A DNA stretch of 64,000 bases, taken from Planctomycetota bacterium (GTDB lineage: Bacteria; Planctomycetota; GCA-002687715; DRQF01). Position numbers and translations under genes: made by a program. How positions within the stretch are numbered: position 1 is the first letter of the stretch; each line of letters starts with the position of its first letter. The notes under the pieces are model-generated. The model saw only the letters and a list, made by a program, of their open reading frames with translations. It had not been told where the DNA came from and ran no database searches. The DNA is taken from positions 32,603 through 96,602 of the forward strand of contig JAZGFI010000271.1 in assembly GCA_036479435.1 (NCBI GenBank). Reading direction: 5' to 3'. Below, one piece after another: positions 29,291 through 39,689 of this stretch.

Positions 29291-30475
29291 TCAATTCGCG
29301 GATGCGGGCTCCTCGGCTTTCGCCTTGGCCTTGGCTTTGGCCTTGGCTTTGGCCTTAGCCTGTGCTTGCCAAGGAGTCTGAGCTCTTTTGTCTAAGCAAG
29401 CCTGCAGAGCTTTTCTGACCGCGGGTTCGAGCGCGTCAAATCTCTTTTTGGCTTCCACATTGAACTGCTTTGTCAACTCAGCCATGGGGCTTATGGGATC
29501 GACAACACGGGGAATCGCCAAAGTCCAGTCCTTGTAGTCTTTGGTCATTCGATCCCACTTCGGCTTCTTTCCAAAGACCTGGGGAATGGTCTTTTTGATC
29601 GAGTGTTGATCGAGGAAAACACTCACGAACCTCGGAACATACTTTTTCTTTTTGTATTTGGGGTGTTCCATCAGGAAATGCACAAACAGTGCACCCTGTG
29701 CGTAGTGCAGGCTTGAGTTCGCGTAGTAACGGCGCTGCTCGTATTGGACGAACATCTCCAAGGGCGTGATGGCGTCGCCCAGCAAGGCGCGTTGGATGGT
29801 GGCCAAGCGGATGTCGTTCGGCGACCCCACGATGAATTTCTTTTTGTTCTTGGGATCGACGTAGGCCGAATAAAAATACTCGGCGATGCCTTCGTCGCAC
29901 CAAGCCGGGAAGTGCACCTTCGAACCACAATTGTAGTGAAAGTATTGGTGCCAACCCTCATGGCACATCACGCCCAGCACGTCCATGGAATTGCGTTGCC
30001 GCCATTCCTCGAAGGTGTTTTTTCCCCCGGAGGTCGCTTGGCTGCGGACCTTGCCTCCGGCGACCCCCGTGTCGTAGCCGACCATTTCGCCGATGCTCGG
30101 TGAGAAATAGGCCGCCGCTCCGGCGGGTGCCCCATAGTCCATAAAGTGCTTTCGAGTTCTAAACAGTTTAACGACCATGCGATTCTTCAGCGTCTTGCGC
30201 GGACGAAGCATGGTCTTAAAGACCTTGGCCATCGAGTTGAGGTGCGTCATCGTCTGCTTCGACAACTCATCGTCGCAATTCGTCTGAAGCTCGTAGCGAC
30301 CCTTCCAAATCCGGCGATAGCCGTCTGGAATCCCGTCTGAAGTCTTCCAACGGCCCTTTTCGAGCTCTGTCGGATGGACTTCATCCTTGGTCTTTTGCGC
30401 CTGAGCGGGGATGACGGCAACAAGAAAGCCGGTCAAAACCAGCGCTGCCGCCCCTAAGGTGTACCTGGAAAACAT
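29291..30475 (-). CDS. Secreted DUF1570-like zincin (HExxH) protein
   Basis: Signal peptide; HEGWHQY...PAWCDEGIAEYF; YAQG..FVHFL; (AK)n tail. Confidence 0.75.
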   Translation of the reverse strand: MFSRYTLGAAALVLTGFLVAVIPAQAQKTKDEVHPTELEKGRWKTSDGIPDGYRRIWKGRYELQTNCDDELSKQTMTHLNSMAKVFKTMLRPRKTLKNRMVVKLFRTRKHFMDYGAPAGAAAYFSPSIGEMVGYDTGVAGGKVRSQATSGGKNTFEEWRQRNSMDVLGVMCHEGWHQYFHYNCGSKVHFPAWCDEGIAEYFYSAYVDPKNKKKFIVGSPNDIRLATIQRALLGDAITPLEMFVQYEQRRYYANSSLHYAQGALFVHFLMEHPKYKKKKYVPRFVSVFLDQHSIKKTIPQVFGKKPKWDRMTKDYKDWTLAIPRVVDPISPMAELTKQFNVEAKKRFDALEPAVRKALQACLDKRAQTPWQAQAKAKAKAKAKAKAKAEEPASAN

Positions 30476-30825
30476 GTTTCTTTCCTCGCCGTGAAGTGCC
30501 CACAGTCTTAGACAACGGACCACTGGGCGCAAGCTTGCAGGTTTTCCTGGGTATTTTCCCGCTATCTTGTGCTTTCTGGTGTCTTTTCGTCTCCGCCCAA
30601 CAACTTGTGGTATTTGCGGTAGCCGATGTCCTTTTGCAGCGCTATGATCCGGATTCTTCCTTGGGGGAGATGAGATCGGTTGGAACCCAGAACGCAGAAG
30701 ATCTGCCGCCTTGTTCGTTTCGGGCCAGTATTGGCCCGATTCCGGTCCCCACTCTCCCGACGCTCCGTAGTCTCCCCATACTGCGGCAGCTTTCTTGCGA
30801 ACCCTCTGAATCGGGCCCCAACGCC

Positions 30826-32271
30826 ATGAGACTTCGTTTTCTCCATTTGGCCGACGTCTTTCTGGGCTGCCAAAATCTATACCTGGGTGATCGAGCCCGC
30901 GACCGTAACGACGATTTTCGCGCTTCGTTTCGCGATGCCATCGAGTACGCGCTCAACCCACGTCACGAGATTGATGGCGTCCTTATTAGCGGCAACCTGT
31001 TCGATTCCCATCGGCCGAGCGAAGACCTTTGGAATTTCGCCAAGGGGCTTTTGAGCCGATTGCTCGCCAAAGACATCTTGGTGGCGATCGTTCCCGGACA
31101 ACACGACAGCTACGCCTACAAGCACTCGGTGTGGAGGACGGAACGGCTGCCCGGCGTTGAACTTCTTCTCGACACCATTCCCAGCGAGGCTCGGGTCCAC
31201 AGCATTCGCGGGCAACGCGTGTTCTTATACGGGCTCGCCTACGTCCCTGGCCAAACACCACTGCCGCTCCCCGACTTTCCACGGAATGACGAAAAAGGCC
31301 TCCACATCGCCTTAGTCCATGGCCGTGAGGCGGCGGGCGCCAGCGCCCAGCGCGAGCTGACGGCAGACTTGGCGATCGACCTCGACCGATTGGGCAACAA
31401 CGGTTTCGACTACGTCGCGCTCGGCGGGCAACGCTCGTTCGAAGAACAACTCAGCGACGGCAAGACCACCATGGCTTGGCCCGGTTCTTTAGAAGGCCGG
31501 GGATTCGAGGCCGGCGAGACCGGCGACAAGGGCCCCCTGCTGGTTGAGTTTGATGATGACGGCGTCCACCTTGAACGGCTCATCAGCAATCGCAAGTCGA
31601 TCCAACGCATCAAACTCGATCTGAAAGACGAACGGATCACCGACGCCGACGCCCTGGCGAACGCGATCCGGACTCTGGCTGGCCGCGACGCCATCGTGGA
31701 AGTAACGCTCACCGGGACGGCCGAGTTTCTCGCCGATCTCGAGGAGATTCAGGACGACCTTTGTGATCAGTTTTACCACCTCGCGATCCGCGACGAGTCG
31801 CGGATCGCGAATAGTGCCCTGCTGCGAAAAATCGAGAGCGAGAACACCATTCGCGGCTACTACGTTCGCAAACTCGGCGAGCGCATCGCCGAGATTCAAC
31901 AAAAGATCAAGAAGAAGGGCCAGACCAAGGAGCTCCTTCGCGAACTGTCGCTACACGAAAACGCACTCAAGATTGGCGTAGAGCAGTTTATCGAAGAGGA
32001 GTCTCCGGCGGACTCCATCTACTCCCTCATCCCCGACAACGACGAGAAAGTCAACGCCGACAATGTCCGCGAGTCGATGGGAGTCAGCCGACTCGAAGAA
32101 CGAGTAAAGGCGATGCTCGACTACCGTCGCGGCGAGAACGATGCCGAGGAAGCCACGGGCCAAAATAAAGCTTCTGGCGCCGATGCCTCCGGAAACGGCA
32201 ACGGTCACCAAAAGACTGGCGCTGATAAGGATCTTGAAAGCTCTCAAGGGCTCAACGAGGAACAAGCATGA
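30826..32271 (+). CDS. SbcD/Mre11 (YhaO-like) metallophosphoesterase fold, catalytically degenerate
   Basis: HLADVFLG, SGNLFD, PGQHD, VHG, DYVALGGQR, PGSLEGRGF. Confidence 0.8.
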   Translation: MRLRFLHLADVFLGCQNLYLGDRARDRNDDFRASFRDAIEYALNPRHEIDGVLISGNLFDSHRPSEDLWNFAKGLLSRLLAKDILVAIVPGQHDSYAYKHSVWRTERLPGVELLLDTIPSEARVHSIRGQRVFLYGLAYVPGQTPLPLPDFPRNDEKGLHIALVHGREAAGASAQRELTADLAIDLDRLGNNGFDYVALGGQRSFEEQLSDGKTTMAWPGSLEGRGFEAGETGDKGPLLVEFDDDGVHLERLISNRKSIQRIKLDLKDERITDADALANAIRTLAGRDAIVEVTLTGTAEFLADLEEIQDDLCDQFYHLAIRDESRIANSALLRKIESENTIRGYYVRKLGERIAEIQQKIKKKGQTKELLRELSLHENALKIGVEQFIEEESPADSIYSLIPDNDEKVNADNVRESMGVSRLEERVKAMLDYRRGENDAEEATGQNKASGADASGNGNGHQKTGADKDLESSQGLNEEQA

Positions 32272-34484
32272 GAATCGAGAAGATCAAGCTTGCTGGGTTC
32301 GGGTCTTTTGCGAAGGGAATCGAAGTTGATTTCGCACAGGATCGCTTGGCCCTGATCATCGGCCGCAACGAAGCGGGTAAGTCCACCTTGATGAGTGCCG
32401 TGTTCGGCGTCATTTTTGGATTCAAAGACCAGGGGCTCCAAAAGAAATTCGAACCCTGGGATGCCTACGACGAGTATGCGGGCGAAGTCTGGATTCGAGA
32501 CGAGGCCAAACGGCTCGTGGTCATCAAGCGCAATTTTGCCGACAACACCGCCGAGATCGGCGTGGTCGAGGACGGCAAGTACGAAGCTGAGTTCTTGGGC
32601 AGCGCCAATCCCCGAGGCCACTCGGACGAAGACATCGACTACTACCGTCGGATTGAGAAGATCGTCGGCTTCCAAGACGAGTCTGTCTTTCGAGGCACGG
32701 TTTTTGTCGGTCAAAGCGCGCTCGAAGTTTCCATCAACGACCAAATCCGCAGGCTGGTATCCGGCTCCGGCAGTACTGATTTCAAAGGGGCCCTCCACGA
32801 CCTCCACAGCCGATTCAGTGAATTGACAATGGAGAATCCTTGGCGGACCCGAAGTAAGTCGCGTCCGAGAGCCATCGAAAAAACTCGCGGCCAGCTCGAA
32901 AAGACGGTTAACGACCTTGAGAATGCGCGCGAGACGTTCCTGAAGACTATGAGTCTCGAAAGCGAACTCAAGAAGCTGGAAACGAAACTCCTCGCCAGCA
33001 AAAACGAACTTGAAGACACCAAAAAAACGCTCTCCTACTTTGAGCGCTTTTGCAAGTTGGTTCGGGATCGAGATACGGCCCGCGAGCGATTCAAAGAATC
33101 AAACAAGCGTCGCGACGATTATCTGCTCTGTCGCAAACAAGTCGGCGCGAGCGATTCCGAAATCTCGGCAAGTTTGTCTCACTTTCGACAGGTCGGCGAC
33201 TCCTTCCCAGAACTCGTCACGCAGCTAAAGTCTGAGACACGAGAGTTGGAAAACGAGGAGGCAAACCTCCAGCGCGAACGAGATGCCCTCCGCACCTTGG
33301 AGTCGAAACCCAACAACAAGCTTGGCATCGCTTTGGGCGGCCTCGGACTTGCCGTCGGAGTCGTCGTCATTATCTTGACGAATATCGGCATCGGCGCCGT
33401 CGTGGCCGTTGCGCTCGCTGCAGGTCTCTTTTTTGGTGGTCGGCTCATGGCGACCGGCTTCAAGGAGCGCAAGGCCGAACTCGAATACTCCGTTGAGGAC
33501 CAGACGCGAAACCTCGACCGCCGCACGAAGGCAATTCAGTCACTCATTTCCGAGAGCGGCGGCGTGCTTGGTGACCGCGATCCCGATCGCATTCTCGTCG
33601 ACTACCGTCGCTACCGAAAGCTCATGGATGACCGCGCCAAACAAAAGTCGACCATGAAGGTACTCGGTGATTGGAACAATATCGACGCGACTTATCAGCG
33701 CGCGGCCGAAGAGACGCTTCGTTGCAATGGCCTCTTGGATCTGATTTTGCAGGATGCTCCTTATCTCACCGAGATTTCGGAGGACGCCGTTGCGGTCGCC
33801 AAGAGCATGGAGCAGCTTAAGCGCCGCGCCAACGACCTTGAATCGGAAATCGACATCGGTTCCGAAGTGGTCACCGAAGCCAAGATCGAGTTGGCCCGCG
33901 TGTCACCTCAGGAGGGACAGGGTCTAGACCTCCCGGTGTTGGAAGAAGAAGTGCGCCGAGGTGGTCGCAAACTGGAGCACCTCGAATTCGAGCGCGATTC
34001 TCTACGGGTCGTCATCGACACCCTCGAAGACTGCGTCGAAGAATTCCAAGAGGGAGACTTGACCCAGCTTTCGACTGAGGTCTCCGAACTATTCCGCAAG
34101 ATCACCAGCAATCGCTACACCCGAGTCACCTTGTCTCCGAACATGGATCCGATGTTGACGAAGTTCGACAACACGCACATCCACCCGGACGACCTTTCCC
34201 AAGGAACTCGCGACCAGTTGTTCTTTGCCATGCGCGTCGCCATCGCTCGTCACCTGTCGAAGAAGGTCGCACTGCCGTTCTTCCTCGATGACCCCTTCGT
34301 CAACTTTGACGAAGAACGCCTCCAAGTGACCAAGGAAATGCTGGAGCAGATCAGCGACCACCAAGTGGTCTTAGTGACCTGTGACCGCAGCTACGAGTCC
34401 TGGTCGGAAAACGTCCTCGACCTCGATAAAGCGCGTGCAGAGTCCGCCATGACCGCCACCGGGCTGAAGCTGACGATGAACTAA
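32268..34484 (+). CDS. Rad50/SbcC-like (YhaN-type) coiled-coil ATPase with a central TM hairpin
   Basis: GFGSF, GRNEAGKST, Q-loop FVGQ, LSQGTRDQL, LDDPFVNFD; two hydrophobic helices at the coil apex. ATGA overlap with the upstream gene. Confidence 0.88.
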   Translation: MRIEKIKLAGFGSFAKGIEVDFAQDRLALIIGRNEAGKSTLMSAVFGVIFGFKDQGLQKKFEPWDAYDEYAGEVWIRDEAKRLVVIKRNFADNTAEIGVVEDGKYEAEFLGSANPRGHSDEDIDYYRRIEKIVGFQDESVFRGTVFVGQSALEVSINDQIRRLVSGSGSTDFKGALHDLHSRFSELTMENPWRTRSKSRPRAIEKTRGQLEKTVNDLENARETFLKTMSLESELKKLETKLLASKNELEDTKKTLSYFERFCKLVRDRDTARERFKESNKRRDDYLLCRKQVGASDSEISASLSHFRQVGDSFPELVTQLKSETRELENEEANLQRERDALRTLESKPNNKLGIALGGLGLAVGVVVIILTNIGIGAVVAVALAAGLFFGGRLMATGFKERKAELEYSVEDQTRNLDRRTKAIQSLISESGGVLGDRDPDRILVDYRRYRKLMDDRAKQKSTMKVLGDWNNIDATYQRAAEETLRCNGLLDLILQDAPYLTEISEDAVAVAKSMEQLKRRANDLESEIDIGSEVVTEAKIELARVSPQEGQGLDLPVLEEEVRRGGRKLEHLEFERDSLRVVIDTLEDCVEEFQEGDLTQLSTEVSELFRKITSNRYTRVTLSPNMDPMLTKFDNTHIHPDDLSQGTRDQLFFAMRVAIARHLSKKVALPFFLDDPFVNFDEERLQVTKEMLEQISDHQVVLVTCDRSYESWSENVLDLDKARAESAMTATGLKLTMN

Positions 34485-34488
34485 GATC

Positions 34489-35841
34489 CTAGGACTCAAG
34501 GTGGCGCCGGAACAAGAACTCCTGGCGTTGAAAGGCGTGTTTTGCCTTTTCAGATTCGCTGAGACTCACTCCTGCGATCGCGGGCAAGGGGCCCTCTTCG
34601 AGAGCCTCTTGGTAGATGTCGCTAATACGGCCGAGATGGTCGCTCGCGCTCATCGATGCGCCGGGAACATTTTTCATCAGTCGGCGGTAGAGGTCTGGAT
34701 CATCGGCGACGGCCCCCAAGGCGCGAGTGAGGTCACCTTGGTCTTGGATGCGGAACTTGACTCCAGCATCTCCGGCGCGCTCGCCCAAAGCGCCAGCATC
34801 CGTGACCACCACCGGCAGTCCCAATTCAAAGGCCTCGTCGAGAACTAAGCCATAAGTTTCAAGGCACAAGCTTGGGAAAACCGCCGCATCGAGTTTCGCC
34901 GCCTCGATCTGGTCGTACTCAAATCTTCCGTGTAAGCGGACCGGGAGGTTGGCCGCCAACTCACGGATCTCGGCGTCAAGCTCGCCTTCGCCCTTGTCGA
35001 TGGCCCCAAAAATCTCAAGTTCGAGCGGGCGTAGAGTCGCATCCCGTCCTTGGAGCAGATCTCGAAATGCACGCAATAACAACGGCAATCCCTTGCGGTG
35101 TGTCACCGCACCCCAGTAACCAAAGGTGAAGGGTTGATCTTGGTCCCGTGGAGACTGGAGCCTGGACTCGAAACGCGGGTGGTATGACAAGGGAAGGACG
35201 CGGCCTTGGCTCAGGGGAAGATCAAGGCCGCTGGCAATCGTGTCCAGTACCGATTGGGAGGCACAAAGCAGTCGGTTCGCGCGCGACAACTCGCTTAACG
35301 ACAACCGCCGGAACCAATCGATCTCGACCGCAACTTCTTCGTCTTGGTTCCAAGGCCACCGAGGCACGCAACTCAAACAGCTTTCGACGGACAGGGGGCG
35401 GTAGCAGGGCGCATCGTCGAGTGCGTGCATCCGAAAGGCCCGGGGACAACTGGACGCAAAGTCGTGGAGGGTGACGACGACGGGAAAACCCGCGTCGGCT
35501 GCGGTCTCCGCGATGTCCTTGCTCAAGCGGATCCAATGGTGGAGATGAACTACATCGGGTCGAAGGTCGAGTAACTCGCGCCTGAGCAGCTCGGACAAGG
35601 GCGGGCAGATCCCCTTATCCCAAGCGTCGAAGTAAAGATCTGATCGATGAAAACGGGTCACGCGCAGGCCGCGATGTTCGCTGACACTCGTCTCAAATTG
35701 TGCGCGCACCTCCAAGGTGCCGCTCAATACTGAAACTTCGTGTCCTACCGCGACCTGTCCGAGCGCCAAATCCAAGACGTACGACTCCAGCCCGCCGTGG
35801 CTTTCGGGGGCGAACTGATGAACAACATGCGCAACTCTCAT
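34489..35841 (-). CDS. Glycosyltransferase family 4
   Basis: HQFAPESHGGLE, PDVVHLHH, TLHDF, HRKG, PS.CLETYGLVLDEA. Confidence 0.9.
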   Translation of the reverse strand: MRVAHVVHQFAPESHGGLESYVLDLALGQVAVGHEVSVLSGTLEVRAQFETSVSEHRGLRVTRFHRSDLYFDAWDKGICPPLSELLRRELLDLRPDVVHLHHWIRLSKDIAETAADAGFPVVVTLHDFASSCPRAFRMHALDDAPCYRPLSVESCLSCVPRWPWNQDEEVAVEIDWFRRLSLSELSRANRLLCASQSVLDTIASGLDLPLSQGRVLPLSYHPRFESRLQSPRDQDQPFTFGYWGAVTHRKGLPLLLRAFRDLLQGRDATLRPLELEIFGAIDKGEGELDAEIRELAANLPVRLHGRFEYDQIEAAKLDAAVFPSLCLETYGLVLDEAFELGLPVVVTDAGALGERAGDAGVKFRIQDQGDLTRALGAVADDPDLYRRLMKNVPGASMSASDHLGRISDIYQEALEEGPLPAIAGVSLSESEKAKHAFQRQEFLFRRHLES

Positions 35842-36162
35842 GGCGGCAACTTGCCATACTTAGACGAACGCGGGCAAAAAAAAGCAGAGGACGGACCCGC
35901 TGGGCCCGCCCTCTGCGGCATTCGCGTGCAAAGTGTCTTTAGCCGCCGGCTTCGCGGTTTTTGGCGGCCAGAGCCCGCCGGACCGCGGTGGCTGCTGCTG
36001 CGCCACCCGAATGTCGTGCCCGACAACGTCTGACCTGTCGTCGCGGCTGGAGTCGGCCAGGTTCCCCCCCGAGAACCCTAATGGCAATCCTTTGGGTATA
36101 GACGGCCGATCGCCAAGAAACGGCGCGACAATCTTGGAAAAATGAAACCTTGTGGCGGCAAA

Positions 36163-37092
36163 TCAGTCGGATTCTTGGGTTTCGAAACCATGGCGCACGA
36201 ACAGTTCCCGAATTTCTTGGTTTGATTCGAGTTTCAGACTCGCGGCGAGGACCTTGCGGGACTCGGGAGTCGCCGAGAGCGCTTCAAATTCTTGGCGCGC
36301 TAGTTCCAGGTCACCATCGAAATCGCGCAGCAGATACCCATACGCCAAGCCGAAGCGAGCGCCAAAATGATCGAGACTCGTTTCTTCGGCTAGGGCTTTA
36401 GATCTGGTGGCCCAGACAATGGCCTCGTCGAGGCGCTTCATCGCGATGCAAGTGTAGGCGAGATTGCCCATGGCATGCGCTTGAACCTTGCGCGTGTAGA
36501 GATCTCCCCTCTTAGCCGTGATGACCGCATTGAATGCCAGCTCGGCTTCGTCAAAGCCACTACGCTCAAGATAGAGAATACCTTTGAGGTTCAAGCAGTC
36601 GAGAGAGAACTCTCCGCCAAGATTCGCGGATTTCTCCAGCAATGAGATGGCAAACTCAAATTCTTCCTGGGAACGCTCGATCAGATCTCGAATGCCCTCC
36701 ATGCTGGCACCACGGACTTGGTCGCTCCCAGCAAAGTTCTGGACATCATCGATCATCTCTTTGCCTTCGAGAACGTATTCGGCGGAGTCTCCAGGTTGCT
36801 GAACAAATCGAACGTTGTCGTGACGTTCCGCGCTTTCTTCGTCAGCCGGAGCCTGGGCCATCAACGATTTGACGAAATTGTAGACCGCATGGGTGAGGTC
36901 GTTGAGAGTCTCATCGAGATACTCGGTCTCCGGCACTTCCATGAGCCGAAAAAACTCGAGCATGCTCGCGTAGCAAGACGGACAATGCTTGAGATGGCTC
37001 GAAATGCGGTCGACATCGAATTCACCGCGGGAAGCCCCGAATCGTTCGAGGTAGACCGCGACTTCGCGACATGTTGCGTCAGTTTGCGACAA
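36163..37092 (-). CDS. Putative soluble anti-sigma factor: ZAS zinc finger plus TPR-like repeats
   Basis: C...HLKHCPSC (HxxxCxxC); C-terminal LNLKGILY...FDEA and AMGNLAY...LDEA TPR-like helices; no TM helix. Confidence 0.6.
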   Translation of the reverse strand: MSQTDATCREVAVYLERFGASRGEFDVDRISSHLKHCPSCYASMLEFFRLMEVPETEYLDETLNDLTHAVYNFVKSLMAQAPADEESAERHDNVRFVQQPGDSAEYVLEGKEMIDDVQNFAGSDQVRGASMEGIRDLIERSQEEFEFAISLLEKSANLGGEFSLDCLNLKGILYLERSGFDEAELAFNAVITAKRGDLYTRKVQAHAMGNLAYTCIAMKRLDEAIVWATRSKALAEETSLDHFGARFGLAYGYLLRDFDGDLELARQEFEALSATPESRKVLAASLKLESNQEIRELFVRHGFETQESD

Positions 37093-37338
37093 GGCGTCCA
37101 GAATCCTTCAATTAACTAGGTGGTCGCGAAAAACTGAGGCGACGCCGAGTTCGGGCTCCAACCCCGCGGGGTTAGGACCGAAACCCAACGCTCAAATTCG
37201 ACCATCTCGGGCGCCAAAGTCAAGACCCAGACCCAGGCTGCAAATAGTTGCGCCAAGGGAGACTCATCGACCGTCATGCTGCGAGGGCCAAAAGGTTGCG
37301 GCCTCTTCCTTTTGAACTGCGGCGAGGAGTTCAGGGCT

Positions 37339-38472
37339 TTAAGCGCGAAACTCGCCGTCCCGCCGGCCCGGCAAGACCGCGTCCTTGCTGGCGTGATTGA
37401 GGACGAATCTCAATGCGATCTCCCATCGTCCTACGATCTGCGACAGGCCTCGGCCCGCATTGTCTCGAATCTTCAGGTCGCGTTCTTGGACGATGGAACG
37501 CAAGGTGGCAAGCATCCTGCGAACGAAGTTCGATGACCTCCGGTCTCCAAACACTCTCTCGACGCTCTCAGCCAGCAAGATCATCAGGGCGCGCAGATAC
37601 TCCCGCTTGACGGTTTTCTCAGTCATTTCGAACTGCTTTGCCAAGATGCTCCAGGTCGCCTTTTCACGCCCCTCGAGCTCGTTGAGCATGGCTTCCAAGT
37701 CCGTACCTAAACTCCCCTGAAGGCCCGAAAACCGTCCGGTAAACGGATGCCGCGACAAGTAGACTTTTTGCTGAGTGGTCGTCAGAGAATTCTCGAAGAT
37801 GTCGAGCATCATCCGGATGCGCTCGCGGCCATCTGCGCTTGTCTCAGCCAAACCTGGTCCGGCGGCGACTTCGGGCGCACGAGGCGGCTGCACTTCGGCG
37901 ACGGTGGTCAAGGAAACCGAATCATCGCAGGCATCTTCGGTTTGGCGACGGTCGGCCCAATAGCGTTTGCGAAGAGCGTTCGTGTACTGGTGGACGATGC
38001 AAAATGGTTTGTCTTGCTCGAACTTTTGCGCCGCGACCGCCAATAGACTTTTCAAAGAATCACGGCCACTAAATTCCTGCAAGCACTCGGCATGAGAGAG
38101 CATGAATTCCATGGCCCGTGCGCGCTGCGTACGCTCGATCCAATCGAGGCCATAGAAGTACAGCCCCGTGTTCAGGAACTCGATGATCGGCTTCGATATG
38201 TAGCGCGTGCGAGCCATCGCTTCACCAACGAAGTTCAAAAGATAGGCCTGCTGGAAGAAGGTCGTGCCGTACTCTTCCGCCTTCTCCTCGAGGATTGCCA
38301 AGAACGCTTGAGCATGACTCACGGTACGTGGCACCGCGACGCCCGCTGTCGCCGTTTCTTGAGTCGCCTCAAGCAGGTTGCCGAACTCGTAGACCAAACG
38401 CCGCGTCTCGTGAGATGCAGTGCGGTCGCCGAGAACAGCGTCCATTTGTTGTTTCAAATCGCAATATCTCAT
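37339..38472 (-). CDS. Divergent sigma-70/ECF-like protein with N- and C-terminal extensions
   Basis: RBS GAGGAG; region 2-like FSGRDSLKSLLAVAA; region 4-like LTTTQQKVYLSRH...TWSILAKQFEMTEKTVKREYLRAL. Confidence 0.55.
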   Translation of the reverse strand: MRYCDLKQQMDAVLGDRTASHETRRLVYEFGNLLEATQETATAGVAVPRTVSHAQAFLAILEEKAEEYGTTFFQQAYLLNFVGEAMARTRYISKPIIEFLNTGLYFYGLDWIERTQRARAMEFMLSHAECLQEFSGRDSLKSLLAVAAQKFEQDKPFCIVHQYTNALRKRYWADRRQTEDACDDSVSLTTVAEVQPPRAPEVAAGPGLAETSADGRERIRMMLDIFENSLTTTQQKVYLSRHPFTGRFSGLQGSLGTDLEAMLNELEGREKATWSILAKQFEMTEKTVKREYLRALMILLAESVERVFGDRRSSNFVRRMLATLRSIVQERDLKIRDNAGRGLSQIVGRWEIALRFVLNHASKDAVLPGRRDGEFRA

Positions 38473-38510
38473 CGTCTTCTCCTCGGCGCGGAGCGCCGAT
38501 CCTCGCTGCC

Positions 38511-39224
38511 CTAGTTGGCTGTAAAGATCCCGGCCGGTCCCGAAGAGACCGAAAAGGCCGTCGACGGAGCCGTGACGAGGTAGTTGCCCGCACCAGCAAG
38601 GATGAAAGAACCATCCGTTGCGGTCGCGAGCGACAAGAAGGCAAATGAGGTCCCAGAAGCGATCACTCCGGGATTCAAGACAGATGGGCTGCAAGTTACG
38701 ACGCCCGAAGAGTTGGCCTCTTCGGCCAGTAGCAGAGCGTCGTAGGCCAAGGGATTAACAAATGCGAGGTCAGAGAAGCGATCGAGATGCAAGGAACCGA
38801 GGCTCCACATCTGCGGCGAATGCATGACCTCGTTCGACTGGTTTAGATAAAACGCCGTAACTTCGACCTCGAAGTTCGTCATTTGCATCTCGTACTGTAG
38901 GGGCAGCACAACTTGCGCATTGCCCAAGACATCGAGATACAAAGGCTCGAGGTGATTGATGGTAATGAGGCCGGCCGGCGTCATGAAGCTAATGGCGAAA
39001 TCCAAACCGGCAATAGCAGTGGGGACGCCTCCCACCAAGTCGATCACCATGACGCGCTCAGTTTGATTGAGCAGCATGCGCAGTTCGAACTGCTCGTCGA
39101 CAGCGAATGACTTTGTCGAAGCATCGACTTCATGAAGCGCGGGACTGTAAGGTCCCGCCATGACAAACAACAACAAGGCCCAAAGGCCCGACTTTCGCAG
39201 TAACAGCTTCATGGCAATTCTCAT
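38511..39224 (-). CDS. Secreted hypothetical protein
   Basis: Signal peptide; beta-rich body; S/T/G-rich C-terminus. Confidence 0.65.
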   Translation of the reverse strand: MRIAMKLLLRKSGLWALLLFVMAGPYSPALHEVDASTKSFAVDEQFELRMLLNQTERVMVIDLVGGVPTAIAGLDFAISFMTPAGLITINHLEPLYLDVLGNAQVVLPLQYEMQMTNFEVEVTAFYLNQSNEVMHSPQMWSLGSLHLDRFSDLAFVNPLAYDALLLAEEANSSGVVTCSPSVLNPGVIASGTSFAFLSLATATDGSFILAGAGNYLVTAPSTAFSVSSGPAGIFTAN

Positions 39225-39689
39225 TCCTGTGCCGACGGAAAACCACCAACACCCAAGCTTGCAGTCATGACGAAAACAAGCGCACGAGTTTAACGCTCGC
39301 CAAAGCGAGCGCAGCTAACGGCAGCCCCCACCGAATCCGGGGATACCGTGCTTAACGTCCCTCGTTTGAAAAAGGAAAGACGTTGATCGAAGTCGGGAGT
39401 CGTCACAGGTCTCTTTAGAAGAGTCCTTTGCGGACCGCACCCCAACCCAAAAATCGTACCAGAGCCACGAGATAGAAGCTCTCATTCACTTGTTTTTTGA
39501 CGCCGCCCGTACAAACTGTAGCAATAGTCAAAGGACTTAGGACAAGGCGAAGGCACAATCGAGCAGGACCACTCAATAAGCCCTAGCGAATGAAGCGCGA
39601 AGACTTGGTGGGTTGTGAAGCAAATTCGCGACTTAGCGGCGAGAGTTCTTTGTACGGGCCGCAGCGCCAATTAACTCGGGGCAGGCGGA

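Noticed and set aside
30496..30825. N-terminal extensions in the ORF track (also 16168, 19877, 38694, 11239, 12309, 55238, 51569)
   Set aside because: Downstream starts fit family N-termini, RBS positions or stop/start overlaps better.
39380..39470. Possible c-di-GMP-I riboswitch on the minus strand (GCAAAG...CTAA)
   Set aside because: There is no GGCAAAC/GNRA tetraloop P2 element; the resemblance is too partial.
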